32,000 nt of DNA, taken from contig NZ_CP042905.2 in the NCBI RefSeq assembly GCF_008000775.2, positions 1,440,001 through 1,472,000 on the forward strand, given 5' to 3'. Shown in pieces: positions 27,160 to 32,000 of the stretch. Numbering within the stretch: position 1 is the first letter of the stretch; every line of letters begins with the position of its first letter. The notes below the pieces were generated by a model that worked only from the letters and a program-made list of their open reading frames with translations, ran no database searches and was not told the origin of the DNA. The translations under genes and the position numbers were made by a program. This DNA is from Promethearchaeum syntrophicum. GTDB lineage: Archaea > Asgardarchaeota > Lokiarchaeia > Sigyniarchaeales > Promethearchaeaceae.

Positions 27160-28224
27160 ATGACTCGGCTAAATTACTTGCGTTTTGCGAAAAATTTCAC
27201 GATTAATAATTTTAGCTACAATTATCTTTATTCTCCACTTAATGCTCAGATCGAATTAACTTTGCGCTGTAATGCAAAATGTGTTTTTTGTTCTATATGG
27301 GAACCTGATTTTCAAGAAGAACTTGATAAAGAAATGAAAACTAGTGAGATAAAGCATATACTCGATGAGTTACATGAACTGGGTGTTCAAGTAGTAAATT
27401 TTACCGGCGGTGAACCAACCCTTCGCAAAGATCTGTCCGAATTAATCTCGTATACTGCTGAAAAGAATATGATGCCAACTCTGGCTACAAATGGTTATTT
27501 GTTGTATGATTTAATTAAGTCGGGGAAATTAAAGGATTTAGAATTTGTAATGATTTCCTTGGATTGGCCGACGGCAGAAAAACATGATAAATATAGAGGA
27601 ATAAAGATTTTTGATCGAGCAATTAAAGCAATCAAGGCTGTTGTATTGGAAAGAAAAACAGCTTTAATCTCAATGGTTGTAACTAAAGAGAATATCAAAC
27701 ATATGGAAGACATGTGTAAATTAGCATACAAATTAGGGGCTATGATCGAGATTCTTCCGTGTGAGGATATTATAAGAGAACAAGATTCAGCCCATAGCGT
27801 TGAATCTATTGATAATTTTTTACCTGATATTCATCAATATAGTGCAGAAATCAGACGCCTTGTAAAAATATATCCAAATATTATTACTGATGTGATTACA
27901 GCGGATATAATCGAAGCAGGTGGTTTTGGAAACCAAGATTTACTCCATTGCGCTACCGCTCAAGCATTTATTGTAGTAAATTACAAAGGAGAAGTAGTTT
28001 TCCCTTGTAAAATTCATCCAATCTTAAAAGTTGATGTGAGAAAACATTCTTTAAAAGATGTTTATTACTCGTACGAAGCAAAAAAAATTATGGAAATGAA
28101 GGATTCCTTCCCATTTTGCAAGGGATGTAGGTTAGGGTGTGCTATTGCAACATCGATGCCAACAAGATGGGTAACCCTTTATGAAAAGTACATAAAAGCT
28201 TTTTTTAATGGGAACTTATTTTGA
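27160..28224 (+). CDS. Radical SAM enzyme with a Cys-rich SPASM/twitch-like C-terminal region; substrate unknown
   Basis: CNAKCVFCSIW (CxxxCxxC), NFTGGEPTLRKDL, C-terminal HCATAQAFIVVNYKGEVVFPC and FCKGCRLGCAI. GGGAG Shine-Dalgarno-like sequence upstream. Confidence 0.85.
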   Translation: MTRLNYLRFAKNFTINNFSYNYLYSPLNAQIELTLRCNAKCVFCSIWEPDFQEELDKEMKTSEIKHILDELHELGVQVVNFTGGEPTLRKDLSELISYTAEKNMMPTLATNGYLLYDLIKSGKLKDLEFVMISLDWPTAEKHDKYRGIKIFDRAIKAIKAVVLERKTALISMVVTKENIKHMEDMCKLAYKLGAMIEILPCEDIIREQDSAHSVESIDNFLPDIHQYSAEIRRLVKIYPNIITDVITADIIEAGGFGNQDLLHCATAQAFIVVNYKGEVVFPCKIHPILKVDVRKHSLKDVYYSYEAKKIMEMKDSFPFCKGCRLGCAIATSMPTRWVTLYEKYIKAFFNGNLF

Positions 28225-28243
28225 AAAAAAATTTAAATTTTTT
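28224..28243. terminator. Palindromic A8-TTTAAA-T6 spacer between convergent genes; candidate bidirectional oligo-T terminator
   Basis: aaaaaaaatttaaatttttt fills the whole 17-nt gap between the radical SAM stop (28222-28224) and the insertase stop (28242-28244). It presents an oligo-T run on both strands. Confidence 0.5.
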
Positions 28244-28841
28244 AATTACCGTTTTTTAATTGTTGCTTCCACTTCTTATTAGAACCAATAGAATTATAAT
28301 CATCATTTTCATCTTTAGGTTCTTCATTAGCATAAATAATATTAGATCTTAATACTTTGGCTTGATCTATAATATTTTCCTTTTTATCTACTTTTTCTGG
28401 ATTCAATTTCTTAATTCCCATTTTTACTAATGCAATAACTAGGGATAAAACCAAAGAGAATGTTATATATAATCCTGCGTAGCCATCCCCGAATAGAACT
28501 GGAAACGGTAATAAACCTTCTTTCCATTCTCCATAAATCCATCCTAAAATTGCCCATAAACCAAAAAATACTAGTGATCTAATAAACATCGGAATCATCT
28601 GCTTCTTTGACATGTCTTTCATTACTACCATCATTTCTGCATTCAATTGTTCCATTTGTTGCATATCTCCTTTAGCATATTTCATTCGATCCTGGAGATC
28701 TTTAATATCTGCTTGCATAGTCATTTGTGCTTCTTGAGATAAGGAGAATTTTTTCGTAAACCACTGGGAAAAAATATTAATTACAATTGTGATCAGCATA
28801 ATTTGCCAAATAGCATTGGTTTGGGATATTTCTAATAACAT
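28242..28841 (-). CDS. DUF106/EMC3/TMCO1-family membrane protein (archaeal YidC/Oxa1-like insertase)
   Basis: Architecture is TM1, then a Met/Gln-rich coiled coil (QADIKDLQDRMKYAKGDMQQMEQLNAEMMVVMKDMSKKQMIPMF), then two further TMs, as in Mj0480-type proteins. 199 aa. Confidence 0.65.
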   Translation of the reverse strand: MLLEISQTNAIWQIMLITIVINIFSQWFTKKFSLSQEAQMTMQADIKDLQDRMKYAKGDMQQMEQLNAEMMVVMKDMSKKQMIPMFIRSLVFFGLWAILGWIYGEWKEGLLPFPVLFGDGYAGLYITFSLVLSLVIALVKMGIKKLNPEKVDKKENIIDQAKVLRSNIIYANEEPKDENDDYNSIGSNKKWKQQLKNGN

Positions 28842-29018
28842 AAATACTCAAGTGGGAAAATTAATAGTGGGATTTTAATATTTTGTTTTTTCATTATAAT
28901 CCTAAATTGGGTTTAAGCAATTGAAATCTATGCAAACTTATTGCTCTCAATTAGAATATAACTTCTATAATTGAATTAAAAAGAAATTAAAGTTACATTG
29001 TGTTAATGTATTTAATTA

Positions 29019-29525
29019 ATGGATTCTAATGATATTCCTTCTAAAAATGATGAAAAAAACTTAAACCTAAGAAAACAAGCATTTTTATATTTCTTATTTG
29101 CAGTAATAATGATTGGATTGAATATTCTAATACAAAACATCCATTCTTGGTGGTTTGTGCCTTTATTAGAAGAAAAATTAGGTGATCAAAATTTTATCAG
29201 AAATTTTTACTTATCAACCGACCCTTTTAATATGCCAGAATTAATTGGTTCTGCGATTGCGGTAGTAATTACATACATCATTAAATTTTTGCTTGATAAA
29301 TTTATTGTTTTCAAAAAAGAGCATATCTCATTTGAAAAAACAGGAAAAGAATTTTTATGCTATTTCGGGTTTGCAATACTGACAACATTAGAAAATATCG
29401 CAATCCAATTCATTTTGGGAATAATTTTTGGGGGTTCAATGACCTATCGGATAATAATTGCTTTGATCTGTGGCTATATTACAAAATTCTTTCTGGATAG
29501 AAAATATTGCTTCAAAATATTATGA
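29019..29525 (+). CDS. GtrA-like family small membrane protein (glycan translocation accessory)
   Basis: Four hydrophobic segments with the paired GtrA signatures IIKFLLDKFIVFKK and ITKFFLDRKYCFK. 168 aa. Confidence 0.7.
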   Translation: MDSNDIPSKNDEKNLNLRKQAFLYFLFAVIMIGLNILIQNIHSWWFVPLLEEKLGDQNFIRNFYLSTDPFNMPELIGSAIAVVITYIIKFLLDKFIVFKKEHISFEKTGKEFLCYFGFAILTTLENIAIQFILGIIFGGSMTYRIIIALICGYITKFFLDRKYCFKIL

Positions 29526-29552
29526 AAAACAACAATTTTTAAATTTAGAATT

Positions 29553-29571
29553 AAAAGAAAAAATTTTTTTT
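29553..29571. terminator. A-rich/T8 tract between the convergent GtrA-like and ABC genes
   Basis: aaaagaaaaaatttttttt gives T8 on the plus strand and T6 on the minus strand. Confidence 0.4.
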
Positions 29572-29582
29572 ACTTAATAATC

Positions 29583-30263
29583 TCATGACTTAATTATTCG
29601 ACCATGTTCCATCTCAACTAGTCGCGTTCCATATTTGACTAAATTTTTATCATGGGTTACAATTATTGTAGTTGTACCCATTTCTTTATTTAGTGATTTT
29701 AATAATTCCATTACTTGAGTTGCTGCTGCATGATGCAGATTCCCGGTAGGTTCATCAGCAAAGATTATTCGTGGTTTATGAATTATAGCTCTTGCAATCG
29801 CAACTCTTTGTTTTTCCCCACCTGATAACTCTTTAGGATGATTATTCATTCTTTCATGTGCATCTACTTTGGCTAGGGCAGACATGGCCCGATTATTGAT
29901 TTCTTTTGTTCTTAAAGGACCTGGCCAAAGAACCGCCTCAACATTCTCAATAGCAGTAAGATTTTCCACTAAATTGAAATCTTGAAAAACAAAACCTATT
30001 TTTCTTCTTCGAATATCACTTAGTCTCTCTTCAGATGCTCGATCAATCCGATCCCCATCTAAAATAACCGTTCCATCATCAGGAAGATCCAATCCACTCA
30101 TAACATTTAATAATGTGGTTTTACCACAACCTGTAGGACCCATTAAAACAACAAATTCTCCTGCATTGATTTTTAAATTAATGTCTACTAACGCCCGGAT
30201 TATATTTCCTCTTAATCGAAATTCTTTCTGGACATTTTCCAATTTAATCATTACTTCTGGCAT
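29583..30263 (-). CDS. ABC transporter ATP-binding protein (MacB/LolD-type)
   Basis: Walker A GPTGCGKTT, signature LSGGEKQRVAIARA, Walker B IIFADEPTGNL, H-loop VTHD. Confidence 0.95.
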   Translation of the reverse strand: MPEVMIKLENVQKEFRLRGNIIRALVDINLKINAGEFVVLMGPTGCGKTTLLNVMSGLDLPDDGTVILDGDRIDRASEERLSDIRRRKIGFVFQDFNLVENLTAIENVEAVLWPGPLRTKEINNRAMSALAKVDAHERMNNHPKELSGGEKQRVAIARAIIHKPRIIFADEPTGNLHHAAATQVMELLKSLNKEMGTTTIIVTHDKNLVKYGTRLVEMEHGRIIKS

Positions 30264-30281
30264 TTTCTTAATCTCCTTTTA

Positions 30282-30854
30282 TTATTTTAACACCCTCAAC
30301 GCCACTATTGGCCTAAGTTTTAATATCTTACTGTACATTACTAAGATCCCAAGAATTTGTGAGACCAAAAACATTGCTAACGTCGCAAGAATTGGCCAAA
30401 TGTTAAGTATTGGGGTTGTTTTATCTATATAATTAGATGCTGAAATTGTTCCAATCTGTTGTTGGTAAAAATATGTTAATCCCGCTGTAATATGAATTAA
30501 GGTTTCCGCCATAATCATAAAAGCAACAAAAGTGACCCAAGTTAATTCCCCAATTATAATAGTTCTAATATTAGAATTCTTATACCCAATACACTTGAGA
30601 GTTGCAATTTCATTTTTTCGATAATTAATTACAATCCAAGCATACAAAATCGATAATAATAATGTGGAAAGGATTGATACAACTAATAATAAGACGTTTG
30701 GGGTACCTTCACCATAAAGAAAATCCTGAAAATTCCAAGTCATCCAAACCATAAGCACTGTATACATTAGTGTAAATGCGATGAATCTTCTCCGAGATCT
30801 CATTGCAAGTTTAACACTTTTACTCCATAATCTTAATCCCATATGTTTCACCAT
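30282..30854 (-). CDS. Minimal FtsX-like ABC permease (4 TM, no large extracytoplasmic domain)
   Basis: EIATLKCIGYKNSNIRTIIIGE is the FtsX-domain hallmark between TM2 and TM3. Sits 18 nt upstream of the ABC ATPase. The true start may be the second ATG at 30842. Confidence 0.7.
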   Translation of the reverse strand: MVKHMGLRLWSKSVKLAMRSRRRFIAFTLMYTVLMVWMTWNFQDFLYGEGTPNVLLLVVSILSTLLLSILYAWIVINYRKNEIATLKCIGYKNSNIRTIIIGELTWVTFVAFMIMAETLIHITAGLTYFYQQQIGTISASNYIDKTTPILNIWPILATLAMFLVSQILGILVMYSKILKLRPIVALRVLK

Positions 30855-30856
30855 TT

Positions 30857-30870
30857 TTTATATTTATAAA
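30857..30870. promoter_or_regulatory. Inverted TATA-like element tttata-tt-tataaa shared by the divergent permease and profilin-like genes
   Basis: A perfect 6-bp inverted repeat of the archaeal TATA-like hexamer. By the usual -26 spacing, it is about 25 nt from ATG 30842 on the minus strand and would put a plus-strand TSS near 30890. Confidence 0.35.
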
Positions 30871-30874
30871 TGAA

Positions 30875-31297
30875 ATGTTAGATCTCCTTTTTAATTTTGT
30901 GCATATTAACAATATTATTATGGATTATGAAAACTTAATTTTTGATTTACTTGATTCTGAACCATCAATTTTCGGGGGCGCATTAATCGATAGTAATGGA
31001 AAATTGCTTTTCCAAACTGAAAATTGGGATCTTTCTCAAGATTTAGATCAAATCAATTCAGCAATTGAAGAATCTCAAAAATCTGATGGTAAAAACCCTG
31101 GATCAATTTCTATCATGAAATTAACATACATGGTAATCGAATTTATTCCTGAAAGAATAATTGCGACAAATGTTATGAAAAAAGGGCATATAATAATTGC
31201 ACCAAGTAAAAAAGCCACATTAGTTACTTTTATTGACCCGAATAAAGGTCCACGTGATGTTCTCTTTGTTATTCAGAATTTTGCGCGGAAGTTATGA
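30875..31297 (+). CDS. Profilin-like protein (Asgard-type profilin; eukaryotic signature protein)
   Basis: Hand alignment to eukaryotic profilins: GGALIDSNGKLLFQTENW versus AAILGLDGNTWATS. MKLTYMVIEF...KKGHIIIAPSKKATLVTFIDPNKGPRDVLFVIQNFARKL versus G-x-KY-x-VI...KKG-x-G-I-x-I-K-T-x-x-A-L-V...P-G...V-E-x-L-A-D-Y-L. The likely real start is ATG 30920 (MDYENL, 125 aa). Confidence 0.65.
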   Translation: MLDLLFNFVHINNIIMDYENLIFDLLDSEPSIFGGALIDSNGKLLFQTENWDLSQDLDQINSAIEESQKSDGKNPGSISIMKLTYMVIEFIPERIIATNVMKKGHIIIAPSKKATLVTFIDPNKGPRDVLFVIQNFARKL

Positions 31298-31401
31298 AAT
31301 AACGCCAAATTTTTTACTTTTTTGTTTACGGGCTAACATTTTTTGAGATTTGATTTTAGATTTTATAAATAGTTGTAAAAAGGAAAAAAAAATCAAAAAT
31401 T

Positions 31402-32000
31402 CTAGCTTAAAAAAGGTTGAATTATCTTAAACACAACAATAAATATCACTAGTAATGGAATAATGATTAAAATAATTCGTAATTGTCCTTTCCAAGACCA
31501 TCGATTAAGAGAGCTTAAAAACGATTCAAAATTACGTTGTCTACGAATTGATTTTGCCCAATTTTTTCTAGTATTTTGAACAGAGTTTTGAAGTTTTTCT
31601 TTATTATATTCAGACTTTTTTTCGAGATTTTTCTGCATATGTCCATATCTCTTATCTAATAATTCTTCTTGATGCTTATAATATTCATTCATTCTTTGCC
31701 TTTTTCTTTCCCAGCGATCTATAATTCTTTGTTGTCTTATTTTTTGTCGATCAATCACATTTTTCTTATTGCTTTTTTCTTTTAAACGTTCCAATTTTTT
31801 TTGTTGTCTTATTTTTTGTCGATCTAATGATTCATTTAATAATTTATCAATAGAAGAATTCCACTCTTCTTGAATTTTTTCAAAGGATTCTTGAGTTTTT
31901 TGAAAAAACGTGGTTATTCCTGTCAATAAATCTGGTTTTGCTTGTTTATCAATGGTATTTTCTTCTTTTTTTGGTTTTTTATAATATTCATTCAGTTCTT
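31402..32000 (-). CDS. Lys/Arg/Gln-rich coiled-coil protein with a single C-terminal transmembrane anchor; N-terminus runs off the window
   Basis: The track ORF starts at TTG 31926, but the frame stays open to nt 32000 (ELNEYYKKPKKEENTIDKQAKPDLL...). C-terminus: LRIILIIIPLLVIFIVVFKIIQPFLS. Internal repeats DRQKIRQQ (x2) and NEYYK (x2). Confidence 0.6.
   Translation of the reverse strand, partial: ELNEYYKKPKKEENTIDKQAKPDLLTGITTFFQKTQESFEKIQEEWNSSIDKLLNESLDRQKIRQQKKLERLKEKSNKKNVIDRQKIRQQRIIDRWERKRQRMNEYYKHQEELLDKRYGHMQKNLEKKSEYNKEKLQNSVQNTRKNWAKSIRRQRNFESFLSSLNRWSWKGQLRIILIIIPLLVIFIVVFKIIQPFLS
31728..31752 (-). repeat. Perfect 25-nt direct repeat, copy 1 (tttgttgtcttattttttgtcgatc), inside the coiled-coil CDS
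   Basis: Identical to 31800-31824. The offset is 72 nt (24 codons). Encodes DRQKIRQQ. Confidence 0.9.
31800..31824 (-). repeat. Perfect 25-nt direct repeat, copy 2, inside the coiled-coil CDS
   Basis: Identical to 31728-31752. Confidence 0.9.

Noticed and set aside
27160-28224. The radical SAM/SPASM protein as an anaerobic sulfatase-maturating enzyme for the sulfatase-fold protein at 23555, or as a viperin-like antiviral enzyme
   Set aside because: - **anSME:** the sulfatase-fold protein lacks the C/S-x-P-x-R target motif and has Thr at the nucleophile position. The genes are 2 kb apart, on opposite sides of two other genes.
- **Viperin:** the C-terminus is Cys-rich and SPASM-like, unlike the viperin C-terminal extension.
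30875-31297. Roadblock/LC7 (MglB-like) assignment for the 140-aa ORF, instead of profilin
   Set aside because: Not fully excluded. However, the TYMVIE ... KKGHIII ... C-terminal helix ending FARKL matches the profilin KY-x-VI / KKG / terminal-helix layout better than the Roadblock pattern. It needs a profile search.
1-32000. Search for tRNA/rRNA genes, CRISPR arrays, IS elements or integrases
   Set aside because: - No GC-rich, structured, tRNA-like island stands out against the AT-rich background.
- There are no regularly spaced repeats.
- No transposase, integrase or recombinase motifs appear in any long ORF.

Overview
All calls come from reading the sequence and the supplied ORF track by eye; no similarity search or computation was run.

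The window is very AT-rich and looks like an archaeal chromosome, probably from an Asgard (Loki-like) archaeon. Four genes support this: an archaeal/eukaryal-type LeuRS, an HTH-fused CTP-type riboflavin kinase, a DUF106/EMC3-type insertase, and a profilin-like ORF.

About 26 kb (nt 1-26235) is a surface-glycan biosynthesis island, interrupted only by leuS. It encodes:
- a secreted beta-sandwich protein and a large polytopic membrane protein
- an SDR epimerase, a GNAT, and a Gfo/Idh/MocA oxidoreductase
- a Wzx-type flippase, a pyruvyl transferase, and an ATP-grasp/HAD fusion
- a TagF-like glycerophosphotransferase, a GT2, a DegT aminotransferase, and a GT4
- a cytidylyltransferase + GlpT/UhpC-like MFS + NUDIX block
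- a soluble alkaline-phosphatase-superfamily enzyme

The island shows clear remodelling:
- a GNAT gene with a single in-frame TAA
- a truncated nucleotidyltransferase with an in-frame TGA
- an LVIVD-repeat remnant
- a decayed GT2 paralog
- a ~200-bp direct repeat of the AP-enzyme promoter and 5' end, bracketing the visibly GC-richer cytidylyltransferase/MFS/NUDIX block

The right end (26.3-32 kb) is housekeeping-like: HTH-RibK, radical SAM/SPASM, insertase, GtrA-like protein, an ABC ATPase with a minimal FtsX permease, profilin, and a tail-anchored coiled-coil protein.

I saw no tRNA, rRNA, CRISPR array or recognisable transposase.
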